A DNA stretch of 43,934 nt. Origin: a virus. Taxonomy: Duplodnaviria > Heunggongvirae > Uroviricota > Caudoviricetes. Below the pieces are notes generated by a model, which worked only from the letters and a program-made list of their open reading frames with translations, was not told where the DNA came from and did no database searches. The stretch lies in IMG/VR virus record IMGVR_UViG_3300024054_000549, one strand, 5' to 3'. Positions 7,882 to 17,866 of this stretch are shown here, in pieces (position 1 is the stretch's first letter; each line of letters opens with the position of its first letter). The translations under genes were made by a program, and so were the position numbers.

Positions 7882-8876
7882 TTTTCTATATCAATCCATT
7901 GTTTAATTTTTCTTGATCCAATGGGCATAATTCCAAACCTAGCACCATTTATTCCAAAATCTTTGCGGGAGCCTCCTTTATAAACAACTGATAAAATTGG
8001 CTCATAATTCCCAGTTAGTTTATCACCATTTTGATGAATATGATACGCAGATAATTCATAGTGCTGCCCCTTTTTGATTAGTTTAACCTCACCCTGAAGT
8101 AAAATACTGACATTTTGTTCACCTAATCTACGAGATTTGAAATCCTTCCCGTAAACTGCCATGTTCTTTAAATCTTTCGAATAAATTTCTGAAGCTGCTG
8201 TTACAGCAGGACTAAGTTTTTCACCATACATAGATTTAATTTTATCGACGAATTTCTGAACATTATCTGGTGTTGTTGGGTATTCTTTCTTTGAAACACC
8301 TCCCCAATTCTGAAAATCAGTTGGTGACCTCCCATCTTTATGTGATATCCATATACAGGCATCACCATTTTTATCTAAGAGATGAAAATCGGATTTTGGT
8401 GTTCCTCTCGTGGATTCTGCTCCAATTATATCATATTTTTTGTTATTACACTTCACAGTTATAAAAGATGAATTTGATTCTAGAATTGCATTCTTTATTT
8501 GAACTTGAAGGCTTTTTAATTGAGCATCTTCCTTAGCTGTTGAAGCCCCAGCACCCTTCCCACCTAGTTCTGAATCTTTGAACAATTCCGTTATCTTATA
8601 GAATGATTTACTTCCGGTTCTCGAATCGATAAGTTCAATTAATAATGGATCAGAGATTATTCTATTCTCAAGAAAATTGTTTATGTCCTCTGAAGATATT
8701 TTATTTTTGGAATTGAATTCTCTTTTGACTTTATTTATTGAAAATAAAGCTTTCCCAGTACAATTAAATAGTTCTGAGTTTTCCTTAATCAAAAATGATC
8801 CATCTGAATTTATTCTCTTAGTAATAATTTCTATGTTATTTCGTTTTGTTATATCTTTATACGTTATTTGTGACAT
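7878..8876 (-). CDS. Putative PD-(D/E)xK-fold nuclease-like protein (332 aa)
   Basis: E...PKSD...ISHK arrangement resembles the variant restriction-endonuclease active site seen in T4-like phage proteins. The ORF is solid; the function is tentative. Confidence 0.5.
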   Translation of the reverse strand: MSQITYKDITKRNNIEIITKRINSDGSFLIKENSELFNCTGKALFSINKVKREFNSKNKISSEDINNFLENRIISDPLLIELIDSRTGSKSFYKITELFKDSELGGKGAGASTAKEDAQLKSLQVQIKNAILESNSSFITVKCNNKKYDIIGAESTRGTPKSDFHLLDKNGDACIWISHKDGRSPTDFQNWGGVSKKEYPTTPDNVQKFVDKIKSMYGEKLSPAVTAASEIYSKDLKNMAVYGKDFKSRRLGEQNVSILLQGEVKLIKKGQHYELSAYHIHQNGDKLTGNYEPILSVVYKGGSRKDFGINGARFGIMPIGSRKIKQWIDIEK

Positions 8877-10371
8877 AGTAGTTCAATGCTTTTCTATACA
8901 TATCATGTATTTCTTTTGGTGTATTCTTTAAAAAGAATTCTTTATCATTAATGTTAGATATAATCTTACTTGCTGATATACCTGATTCATTTCTTTGTAA
9001 TTCTCTAACTGATATTCCAACGTTATTTCTAATTTGTTCCATATAAGATTGTACTCTATCAGAACCTGCGTAAATTATATTTATGTTAATATCAATTTTA
9101 TTTAGAATCGATAGAATATTTCCATTATTAGAATGAACTATTTGAACGTTAGGAAAACACTTCTTAACCATTTCCTCACGGAAATCTTTAGTTTCAATTG
9201 TATCGGATCCAGTTACTATACACACAACGACATTATCGTAAAGTGTTAATGCTCGTTTAATTAATTTATAGTGACCTTCTTTTGTGAATATTCTGAATTT
9301 ACCAATTACTAATACGTTATTGTTCCCTTTCATTTTTTTAATGAGAAGAGTTTTTGCATTCAGTTGAATATCATCTTTTATATTAGTTTCAGTTTTAACG
9401 GCATGAGAAAATGTTAATTTCATTCGTTTCAGTGCTAATGAAAGTTCAGCAAGAACATCATCTAATTTTTTTGATGGCTGTACAGAATTAACTAACTCTA
9501 GAGAAACTCGTTTAACATTATCCCAATACTTTGCTTCTTCAGCTGGATTATTGTCCTTGTATTTAAGTTTATTAATCAATCTTGCTTCTTGATCGAGTTG
9601 ATATTTTTGTTGGAACTTTAAGATTTTATCCTTGAACTTAATTACTATTCCTTCTTCATTTCCACCGTATTTTGATTCTATACTTAGAAATAAATCCTTG
9701 ATATCATTTAATACATCTATGGAATCCCACCGTATTACATTCTTTCTTTTATCAAATTCAGCCCGAAGATTTTTGTTAATAATACCAGATTCGAATGATA
9801 TTTGAGATCCAAGAATCCCCTTAAAAAGTAATTGTGGTACATCTATTTTCAGTTCTTTTGCGTACTCATTTCGTTTTTCAGTAAAGAATCCAGATGGAGA
9901 TGTTATTAATTTTCCAAAATTCTCTTTAAAAGTAGAAGCACTGTATCCTATCAGAACCATTTTGTGTTTAGTACTATAGTTACTTGAAATAGTTGGTTTG
10001 GACATTAGAAATTCTATAAATAATTCTGTCCCAACGGGAATACTATTTTTACTTAAACTATCAAAATGTTCAAATACTAATTTGAATTGACTCGAACCAA
10101 TTGATTCTTTCTTTATTTTTGATGTTGGTTGAAAATTATATTCTGTACTATATAGAATATTTCCCTTATAAGCAAAAATATAATCTTTAAGATTACCATT
10201 ATTAGCTTGTTTAATAACAGTAAGCTTCACACCATCCGTTTTATGTTCAACAGAAACTTCTGAGAATAAAAAATCTTTTATTTTAGAATCAGTTGTTAAA
10301 TACTTTTCGGCAGCTTGAATCGAAATATCAAGTTGCTGTTTTGATTCACTTATATATTCATAAAAATTCAT
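8857..10371 (-). CDS. Fusion of an ATP-dependent ligase-like adenylation domain and a HIGH-superfamily (cytidyltransferase/NMNAT-like) domain
   Basis: N-terminal half has EHKTDG (KxDG motif I), EGIVIK (motif IV) and KILKFQ (motif V). C-terminal half has GKFRIFTKEGH, AGSDR and ISASK. Confidence 0.7.
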   Translation of the reverse strand: MNFYEYISESKQQLDISIQAAEKYLTTDSKIKDFLFSEVSVEHKTDGVKLTVIKQANNGNLKDYIFAYKGNILYSTEYNFQPTSKIKKESIGSSQFKLVFEHFDSLSKNSIPVGTELFIEFLMSKPTISSNYSTKHKMVLIGYSASTFKENFGKLITSPSGFFTEKRNEYAKELKIDVPQLLFKGILGSQISFESGIINKNLRAEFDKRKNVIRWDSIDVLNDIKDLFLSIESKYGGNEEGIVIKFKDKILKFQQKYQLDQEARLINKLKYKDNNPAEEAKYWDNVKRVSLELVNSVQPSKKLDDVLAELSLALKRMKLTFSHAVKTETNIKDDIQLNAKTLLIKKMKGNNNVLVIGKFRIFTKEGHYKLIKRALTLYDNVVVCIVTGSDTIETKDFREEMVKKCFPNVQIVHSNNGNILSILNKIDININIIYAGSDRVQSYMEQIRNNVGISVRELQRNESGISASKIISNINDKEFFLKNTPKEIHDMYRKALNYYVTNNV

Positions 10372-11573
10372 AGCGATCTAAGATAATCCCTGAATGATTC
10401 GTGTATTTTTCCTCTTTGACCATAATCTTTATAGTACTCTTCGGCAAGTTTTACTGATTCATCTTTCATACCGAACTCTTTGATGAATTTTTGATATCCA
10501 CTGAATTTAATCTGAAAATCAAGTTCAGCATTGTTAAATTCTAATTCTTGAGCTCTTTGAGGTTTTAGACCCCAAATTAGTTCAACATATCTGATGTATG
10601 TATTTTTTATCTCATTCTTAGATAAGAACTTTTTCATAAGTTCTATAACACCAATGAAAGATCCGAATAGTTTAACATCTGATTCTCGGCTATTTAATTG
10701 CTTAAATGACAGTTTATAAATTTCAGCAACAATTGTCTCGTAAGTACTGTTCTTAGTTGGAATTTCTTTATAAACTTGCTTTCCGTCTAATACTATGACC
10801 TTTCCAGTTTTTGGGTCGATTAAAGGTTCATAGGCTATTCTGATTCCCTTTCCTACTGAAAATTTAAGCATTTTAGGAATCAAATGCGTTTTATTTGCAC
10901 TTAAAGTTATATTTTCCGGTGTACTACTCTGTGTTGCTATGACTATATCTTCACGAATTGAAGCAGCTCCTATTAATGCTCTGATCAAATATTTGTGATG
11001 AACAGCTTTTACATTAATTTTAGCATCATCAAAAGAAGAACTATGTGAAAATTTAGCCCATTCGGTTGGTTTATTATTCTCGAACTCAAGGAATTCAAAA
11101 TCAACTTGAGCATAAGCTTTTTGACCGTTTGGGAAATCAACCATAATAACTGAGTTAATCTGCTCACCTATCGAGGAAATAGTCAGCTTATTTGACCCCA
11201 TATAACGAGCACCATTGATTATCTCTTTCCCCTCTATTGAGTCAAGATATTTCCAAAGATCTTCTTTTAATTCTTCTGGAACAGTAATATCAATATCACC
11301 AGCACTTGGTTTGTACTTCATAACTTCTTCATCACTTAATGACTGATCCATTATAAATGAAGTACTTCCATTGAAAACAAATCCAGTTATTAAATGTGTT
11401 TCATCAATCCAAATTGGCTTTTTGAACTTTGACTTGAAATCCTTATTCATGAACTTAAAAATTTCTATAAATTTCTTCATGAATTCTTGTCTACCGATTT
11501 CCTTGATCGGTATTTTTTGAGCTTTCGTTTCCTCTCCGCTGGATTTAATTACTGCTGTTACATTTCCACCCAT
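10368..11573 (-). CDS. Pol-beta-superfamily nucleotidyltransferase-like protein (401 aa)
   Basis: NGST...SAGDIDIT (GS + DxD) and a third acidic residue in QVDF; GGNV start seen in phage NTase-like proteins. Confidence 0.65.
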   Translation of the reverse strand: MGGNVTAVIKSSGEETKAQKIPIKEIGRQEFMKKFIEIFKFMNKDFKSKFKKPIWIDETHLITGFVFNGSTSFIMDQSLSDEEVMKYKPSAGDIDITVPEELKEDLWKYLDSIEGKEIINGARYMGSNKLTISSIGEQINSVIMVDFPNGQKAYAQVDFEFLEFENNKPTEWAKFSHSSSFDDAKINVKAVHHKYLIRALIGAASIREDIVIATQSSTPENITLSANKTHLIPKMLKFSVGKGIRIAYEPLIDPKTGKVIVLDGKQVYKEIPTKNSTYETIVAEIYKLSFKQLNSRESDVKLFGSFIGVIELMKKFLSKNEIKNTYIRYVELIWGLKPQRAQELEFNNAELDFQIKFSGYQKFIKEFGMKDESVKLAEEYYKDYGQRGKIHESFRDYLRSL

Positions 11574-11580
11574 AGAACAC

Positions 11581-12606
11581 CTATGCTAAAGTATTCTTTA
11601 ATTCTTCTTCATTAATAAAATCTTTGAATGATTGAGACTCAAATAATGCTGATCTATATGGTAAAATTACTAAATGTGTTCGATATTTTGAACTAATTAA
11701 ATTATGAGGATTTTTTATATCGAACGAGCATTCAATAGGTTTAACTATCATAGTACCTGATGGATCTGTTTGAATAATAGATGTTGAAAATATTTTTACA
11801 TCTGAACCTTCAATTGGAGGAACTTCATCCTTTAATCTTACTGGTCTAAAGAATGGATTTTTATCAATTTCTTCCCTACCAAGTTTAGATAATGTAGTAA
11901 TAAGATCCAAAGGCTCAAAAGCATTTTCTTCTAGAGCTTTCATGGCGTATTCTCTGCGTTTAATTGAAGATTTATGTCCATCGCCATCTTTTGGTTGGTA
12001 CCCAAATTTCGTTTCAAGAACACCAGAATTGGTTCTTACAATTAAATAATCTTCTTTAATTTCTAGAACTTCTGTAGCATATTCCTCTGGTTGAACAACA
12101 TCTTCAAATCTCTGACCATCCTTGAGTGTACCTCTGTATTTTGCTGCAATTTCTTCGGGAATTGAGGTCTCAATTATGAATAATTGATCGCCGTTAGTAA
12201 TTAAAGTACACCCATCGAACTTATTTTCCTGAATCAATTTAACTGAATCTTTGATATTATTTTGCTTTAGAGCTTTCCGAATAACCCTTCCATTGCTAGA
12301 AATTGGCATATCATTAACATCGTTCTTTGCTTTTCCATCCTTTTTGTCAGAATGATTATTCAGAGCAGAATTAACCATACTAATATATGTGCCATCTTTG
12401 AGAACAGAAACGCCCTCGGTCCAATCGGTATCATTGTCTATTAAGAATAATTGTGATGCACCATGCTCAGATACTGTGTACCGTCTGATTTTATAGTCAG
12501 CATTGTAAACGCGATCTCTAATCTTAGCTAAACGCCATTTTGCATCTTTAGTTGGTTTCCCAGTCTTTTTATCTCTGGGTAATTTCATTGCTACAGCAAC
12601 ACACAT
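11581..12606 (-). CDS. N-terminal nucleophile (Ntn) hydrolase-like protein (341 aa)
   Basis: Cys2 start (MCVAVAMK), KIRDR, WTEGV, MVNSAL and RTN match the Ntn fold pattern; GGAG RBS. Confidence 0.65.
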   Translation of the reverse strand: MCVAVAMKLPRDKKTGKPTKDAKWRLAKIRDRVYNADYKIRRYTVSEHGASQLFLIDNDTDWTEGVSVLKDGTYISMVNSALNNHSDKKDGKAKNDVNDMPISSNGRVIRKALKQNNIKDSVKLIQENKFDGCTLITNGDQLFIIETSIPEEIAAKYRGTLKDGQRFEDVVQPEEYATEVLEIKEDYLIVRTNSGVLETKFGYQPKDGDGHKSSIKRREYAMKALEENAFEPLDLITTLSKLGREEIDKNPFFRPVRLKDEVPPIEGSDVKIFSTSIIQTDPSGTMIVKPIECSFDIKNPHNLISSKYRTHLVILPYRSALFESQSFKDFINEEELKNTLA

Positions 12607-12632
12607 AGTTAGTCTCCATGAATGATTTTAAT

Positions 12633-12640
12633 TATTTATA
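12633..12640 (-). promoter_or_regulatory. T4-type late promoter TATAAATA
   Basis: Exact consensus in the intergenic space, about 27 nt upstream of the Ntn hydrolase ATG and just downstream of a terminator. Confidence 0.75.
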
Positions 12641-12654
12641 TTTGAAGGCGATGT

Positions 12655-12682
12655 AAAAAAATCCACCATTTGCAGGTGGATT
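12655..12682 (-). terminator. Intrinsic terminator after the VWA gene
   Basis: AATCCACC-7 nt-GGTGGATT hairpin followed by a T run on the minus strand. Confidence 0.8.
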
Positions 12683-12704
12683 ATTTATGATAACAGAAAT
12701 TATC

Positions 12705-14981
12705 TCATTCCAAAATAGTCATCCATTTATGTGCACCATAAGTTTTTGACATTAAATCATATGAAGATTTATCAGTAATGAACAACGCTACTGAATTCTT
12801 ACGAACTTTAGCTAATTTAAAGAACTTAAATGTTTCTTTATCATGAACCAAATCAGCATCTGTGAACATAATAATATTCATATTATTTTCATGGAAATAT
12901 TCAATTATCTTGTGCATCTGTGGTATATATTTTGTACCAGAAGCATAACCTACACTTAATAATTTTTGAAGTTGTTGTTTCTGACCGTACTTAATATCTT
13001 TAGGTTTAGTAAGTAAAACATCATGATTAATCAACTTTTCAGATTCCATCGCGTTAATATTAACCTTATGAACTTCAAAATCTGTACTGAACTTAATAAC
13101 GAACATATTGCTAAGTTCTTTTTTATTGTCTTTAAGAAGTTTAAGAATTTCTTTATTGAAATTTCCTACAACATTCATAACAGAACCAGAAGTATCAATT
13201 ACAAATACTAAACCTTTTTTATTACTGTCAAATACAACTTCACCGGGTGTAATTCTTCCAGCACCAGTTTGAGATGCTGTAACCATTGAAGATGTAGCTT
13301 GTCTGGACATTTTTGAATATGTATCCTCAGCTTCACCGTTTCCGGTTGGAATCATTTTTTTGAGAATTTTTTTCCAATTGATAGTTACTTTTGTATCATC
13401 AAATTCAATTTTTGCTGTACCAGAACTATTAATATTACTCTTGACAGATGTATTATCGGAATCTTTTTTCTCTAATGCTGTTTTAGCATCATCATTACCG
13501 TCGTCTCTTTTACTGATGTTTTCTCTATTCTTTTTCATTGCTTCATCAATACTTTTTGCTATTTTATCGGCTGGATGAGCATCATTATTTCCTTGCCCTG
13601 ATTGTCCTGGCTGACCTGATTGTCCTTGACCTTGACCTTGTTGTCCTTGATCTTGCCCAGGCTGACCTGATTGTCCTTGACCTTGACCTTGTTGTCCTTG
13701 ATCTTGCCCAGACTGATCTTGTTGTCCTTGACCTTGACCTTGTTGACCTTGATCTTGCCCAGACTGATCTTGTTGACCTTGATCTTGCCCAGACTGATCT
13801 TGTTGACCTTGCTGTCCTTGACCTTGCTGTCCTTGACCTTGTCCCTGATCTTGTCCCTGATCTTGTCCAGGCTGATCTTGTTGATCTTGTCCTTGACCTT
13901 GTTGTCCTTTACCTTGTTGACCTTGACCCTGTTGTCCTTGTTGATCACCAGATTGAGAATCCTTTCCTCCTTGTGATGGTGTATCATCAGAATTATCCAT
14001 ATGATCATCCATACCGGATTCCATGGATTGCTTCATTTTTTCTGTATCTTCTGGACTCTGATTGAAAAATTCTTCAATAACAGCTTCAATCATATCTTCG
14101 TATGTTTCAAATTTGTCATAGTTTATTTCTGAACTGAACAACCCAACTGGAAGCTGTTCATATCCAGACTTAACAAGCTCCCAGTTATTGATAAAATCAC
14201 CAACATAATTAAGTACAGAATTAGCGTTAGAACCAATTTTTGGATGTTTTTTCAATATTTTATCAACCATTTTTTTAGTATAGAAATGATCTCCACTTGA
14301 AAAATGCATCAATTCATGCAAAATAACAAACTCAAGATAACAGTAGTGATCTGGTATTGGGCCACCATTACTTTTGTATTTCTTAGATTTTGGTTTAACA
14401 TTGTTTATTAATGCAGAAATCGCTAATGTTTCAGAGAATTTTCTATTAAATACCATCTCGGCATTAGGTGTACAAAATGCTGTTTTGCAATTATTCCGTG
14501 CGTTTTCTCTTAATTTTTTATCATTAATTAATGGAAGATGATCTGGAGTAATAAAGAAAAATGGCTTAACAGCTTTTGTTTCAAATGGATTTCTTAATGG
14601 AAAGAATCTAGCGTTCTCACCAAGAACATATTGAGTTAAATCAAAAAAGTAATCTCTATCTAACAAATCTTCTCGATCTTTAACACCAAGAGGCTCTAAA
14701 TTAATATCGTCTGGATTTAACTCAGAAATAAGAGAGAATGCTATAGATTCAGCAGCGTTATTAACGGCATCTTTGTTCATTTTAGATGAACCAAGCTGTG
14801 AAATATGCTTATGGTATTGTTCGTTAAAATATTCCTGAGCTTCAGATAAATCTATGCCTTTTGTTTTGGCATAGACTTCAATAGACTTCTTGATATTTGA
14901 ATCATTAGGTGAACTCTTTTTTAATTCAAGATTAATCTTTAATGATTCCAAACGTTCATTTATAAAATTCAAAAAACTCAT
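12705..14981 (-). CDS. Zincin-like metallopeptidase + Q/G-rich linker + VWA domain protein (DUF2201-like architecture)
   Basis: TAFCT, HELMH (HExxH), long QG linker, DTSGS MIDAS and FTD. Start moved from TTG 14996 to ATG 14981. Confidence 0.85.
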   Translation of the reverse strand: MSFLNFINERLESLKINLELKKSSPNDSNIKKSIEVYAKTKGIDLSEAQEYFNEQYHKHISQLGSSKMNKDAVNNAAESIAFSLISELNPDDINLEPLGVKDREDLLDRDYFFDLTQYVLGENARFFPLRNPFETKAVKPFFFITPDHLPLINDKKLRENARNNCKTAFCTPNAEMVFNRKFSETLAISALINNVKPKSKKYKSNGGPIPDHYCYLEFVILHELMHFSSGDHFYTKKMVDKILKKHPKIGSNANSVLNYVGDFINNWELVKSGYEQLPVGLFSSEINYDKFETYEDMIEAVIEEFFNQSPEDTEKMKQSMESGMDDHMDNSDDTPSQGGKDSQSGDQQGQQGQGQQGKGQQGQGQDQQDQPGQDQGQDQGQGQGQQGQGQQGQQDQSGQDQGQQDQSGQDQGQQGQGQGQQDQSGQDQGQQGQGQGQSGQPGQDQGQQGQGQGQSGQPGQSGQGNNDAHPADKIAKSIDEAMKKNRENISKRDDGNDDAKTALEKKDSDNTSVKSNINSSGTAKIEFDDTKVTINWKKILKKMIPTGNGEAEDTYSKMSRQATSSMVTASQTGAGRITPGEVVFDSNKKGLVFVIDTSGSVMNVVGNFNKEILKLLKDNKKELSNMFVIKFSTDFEVHKVNINAMESEKLINHDVLLTKPKDIKYGQKQQLQKLLSVGYASGTKYIPQMHKIIEYFHENNMNIIMFTDADLVHDKETFKFFKLAKVRKNSVALFITDKSSYDLMSKTYGAHKWMTILE
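13585..13975 (-). repeat. Low-complexity coding repeat encoding a Gln/Gly/Asp linker
   Basis: Repeated ccttga, ccttgttgt and gatcttgcccagact units encode QGQGQ and QDQSGQDQG blocks. Confidence 0.85.
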
Positions 14982-14999
14982 TTTTCTATAATCCAAAAA

Positions 15000-17864
15000 T
15001 TAAAAACTCTTTAATTTTTTCATAGTTTCTTCATTTTGAAGAACATCAAGAATATCAATCTTATTAGAACTTAATAATGCTACGATTCTCGAACCTATTG
15101 CTTTCTTGAGTTGATCAGCATAGTTATTTGAAGCATTAAGCTTTTCAAGAGATTTAGCAATTTGGTCGTAAAGTTTTAATGTCTTATCTAGTATCTCTGC
15201 ACCAGAAGTAGAATTAAAGTATTCATCTACTATAGTTGCAACATCTTGTAGCATTTCTGTTGAGCTGAAATCCTTAATGTACGAGCCAATAACACCCTTA
15301 TCTAAGAATGTAACATCTCCATCAGCATTCTTAAGAATCTGAACTAAACTGAGAGTATTAACTGATTTTTTCGTTCTAATTGTTTCAAAAGATTTTTTGA
15401 ATTTTTCATTTCCAACAATTTTCTTTCCTAAAGTATTTGTAAAACCTTCTATTTCTTGTTTCAAGGTTATCATTTTGAATGTTGTTACAAATGATTTAGC
15501 AGTTACATTGATAGCTTCATCAATGAACTTCTTGTACTCTTCATCAGAATAACTTCCATTTAAATCCCAACCCATATCATCAAATGAATCTTCAATTTGA
15601 GTCATAGTATTTGAGATGCACTCTGTCATTTCTCTTGGAGACACATAGAACGAATCTACACCATCACTCCACCAGAATGGTTGAATATCAATATCTTCAA
15701 TATCGTTCCCATCGGAATCCTTAGCACTCTTGAACTCTAATGCTAACTGATACATTATATTTGAGACAGATTCTGTGAGATCAAATCCCATACGTTCGGA
15801 TAGTTTAGTTAAGTTTTCTTTCGTTTTGATGTAGTTAAATGTCTCAGTGAAATTTCCAGATGAAGGAATAATATCGAGAACGTCTCTAGTATGAGTTGTG
15901 AACTCTATAGCACCAATATCATTAGGGTTAATTGCTCCGGTAATGATAATGTCATCTGGCAATTTAACATGTTCGAACTCTTTTTCGAGAAGAATCTTAC
16001 GAATAGAATTGAATACAGGAACAGAAGCTCTATTCAGTTCATCGAATAGAAGAATGATGTTATATTTTCTTCCTTCTTGTCTATAATCATTTATCTGTTC
16101 ATTATATTCCTTCATTATAGTTATATAAAGATTAGATTCTGAAAAATTAGTGGTTATATTGTCTTGGCCTTTTGACATATCAGCAATAGGCATGCCTGTA
16201 ATATCTTCTGGCGTTAAATTAGATACATCGATATGAATGTATCCCATTTTCATATCTTCAGATAATTTAACCATTTGTGTTGTTTTGCCGATACCAGGCT
16301 GACCTGAGACTACAGGAACATATTTTCTGCTATCTCCAAGTTTAATTTTAAGTTCTAGTTCAGTTTTTAACTGATCACGCCACTGAGATTTTTTAACTGG
16401 TGTTCTTAATATATTCTCAATATTAATTTGAACACCTTCTGGAGTTGTTTCTTTAATAAGATCTGTGGCTATTTTTGTAAATTTATCAAGAAGTGGAATA
16501 GATGATTTTTCATCTACATAATTACTTAAGTTATTTTTTATGAATCCTAGTAATTCTCTAGCAGAATCTTCAGAATTAACTGGAATTAATGAATCTATAC
16601 AGATAAGCATTTGCTCCAATCGTCTTGGAGATAATCTAACATTAGCTGATTCATCATTAAACCCAAGTTCTTTGTCTGTTAATTCATTCATGAATTTATT
16701 CCAAACTTCAGGCTTAATTGAAATCCCAGTTGGTGTTCCTACTTCATAGGTTCCATCATCTTTTGGAATTTCATTTTTATCTTCGGGGTTATTAACATAT
16801 TTCCCGTACATATAAGACATGAAATCCTCTTTTGAAGAAACATCATAGTCCATTAAATGGAAATCTTGATTCAGAGGAATATCTTCAACACCTTCATCGT
16901 TAATGTTCGTGGCCATGATGATATAAACTCCTTTCGGAATTTTATCATTGCCTATTTTTCCATTAAGAATGTTCCGAAGAACGTTTCTAATTTTAATTGA
17001 TGCTGTTCTATAGAATTCATCTAAGAATAAAATAGCATTGTATGATTCTGCAACCTTTTCAATTCTCTTCTGGAGAATAGGATAAATATCTCTAAGAATT
17101 TTATTCTTATTGATCTCCGTTTTTATTTGATCTGGTGTTCTTTTTGTTTTAGACTTTAATTGCGTAACTAGATTTGATTCAGCTTGAACAACCTTCATCT
17201 GTTGAACGGAATCGTCAACTGTAAGATTACCTTGACGAGTTTTTGGTCCATCAATAACTAAAAAAGGAATGTTAATAAGATGTTCTTGAGTAATATGTGG
17301 TGCTTCAATAACAACTAAAGGAATACCAGTTAAAGTACTTAACGATCTGATAAAAGATGTTTTACCAGTACCTGGATCACCACCTAGCATATATGTAGTT
17401 TTAACAGTCCCCTCAGCAAATGCCTTCATATGCGAAAGGATTGTTTTCATCTGATCGACATATTTCGAACTAGAACTCATTTTTGGAACTAAGAACTTCT
17501 TTTCAATTAGCTTAGATATATCTTTAACACCGACAGCTAAATCTGAATCTTGTTCAGTTCCAGAATCTTTATTATTTTTTGAAAGCCATTCCAGACCAAG
17601 TTCTGTGATTTTATAATCACCAGTTTTCCCATTTTCTCTTGCTATCATTTTTAATTTTAGCAATACACCGCGCATTGGATGCCCATCTTCTGGAAATTCT
17701 GCTCTGATTTTTTTATCAGCTGTTGGCTTCCAAGTGTCGGTGCCAAATAAATCATGCATTTTTCTTAGCATTTCTCCGGGTGTTTTGCCGGATTCATCCT
17801 CAGAATTCATGTCTAAAGTTTTAGCTTCACCTAGATGCTGTTTAATAAATTCGTTAAATTCCAT
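15000..17864 (-). CDS. Tandem AAA+ ATPase (MoxR-like, two modules) with a possible N-terminal winged helix
   Basis: Walker A GDPGTGKT and GQPGIGKT; Walker B LFLDEF and LLFDEL; ATN and AIN sensor-1. Start moved from TTG 17876 to ATG 17864. Confidence 0.85.
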   Translation of the reverse strand: MEFNEFIKQHLGEAKTLDMNSEDESGKTPGEMLRKMHDLFGTDTWKPTADKKIRAEFPEDGHPMRGVLLKLKMIARENGKTGDYKITELGLEWLSKNNKDSGTEQDSDLAVGVKDISKLIEKKFLVPKMSSSSKYVDQMKTILSHMKAFAEGTVKTTYMLGGDPGTGKTSFIRSLSTLTGIPLVVIEAPHITQEHLINIPFLVIDGPKTRQGNLTVDDSVQQMKVVQAESNLVTQLKSKTKRTPDQIKTEINKNKILRDIYPILQKRIEKVAESYNAILFLDEFYRTASIKIRNVLRNILNGKIGNDKIPKGVYIIMATNINDEGVEDIPLNQDFHLMDYDVSSKEDFMSYMYGKYVNNPEDKNEIPKDDGTYEVGTPTGISIKPEVWNKFMNELTDKELGFNDESANVRLSPRRLEQMLICIDSLIPVNSEDSARELLGFIKNNLSNYVDEKSSIPLLDKFTKIATDLIKETTPEGVQINIENILRTPVKKSQWRDQLKTELELKIKLGDSRKYVPVVSGQPGIGKTTQMVKLSEDMKMGYIHIDVSNLTPEDITGMPIADMSKGQDNITTNFSESNLYITIMKEYNEQINDYRQEGRKYNIILLFDELNRASVPVFNSIRKILLEKEFEHVKLPDDIIITGAINPNDIGAIEFTTHTRDVLDIIPSSGNFTETFNYIKTKENLTKLSERMGFDLTESVSNIMYQLALEFKSAKDSDGNDIEDIDIQPFWWSDGVDSFYVSPREMTECISNTMTQIEDSFDDMGWDLNGSYSDEEYKKFIDEAINVTAKSFVTTFKMITLKQEIEGFTNTLGKKIVGNEKFKKSFETIRTKKSVNTLSLVQILKNADGDVTFLDKGVIGSYIKDFSSTEMLQDVATIVDEYFNSTSGAEILDKTLKLYDQIAKSLEKLNASNNYADQLKKAIGSRIVALLSSNKIDILDVLQNEETMKKLKSF

Positions 17865-17866
17865 AT

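Noticed and set aside
13023-14065. Leu/Val/Asp-rich plus-strand ORFs and the alternative-frame ORF 13559-14008
   Set aside because: Artefacts of the Q/G linker repeat inside the VWA gene.
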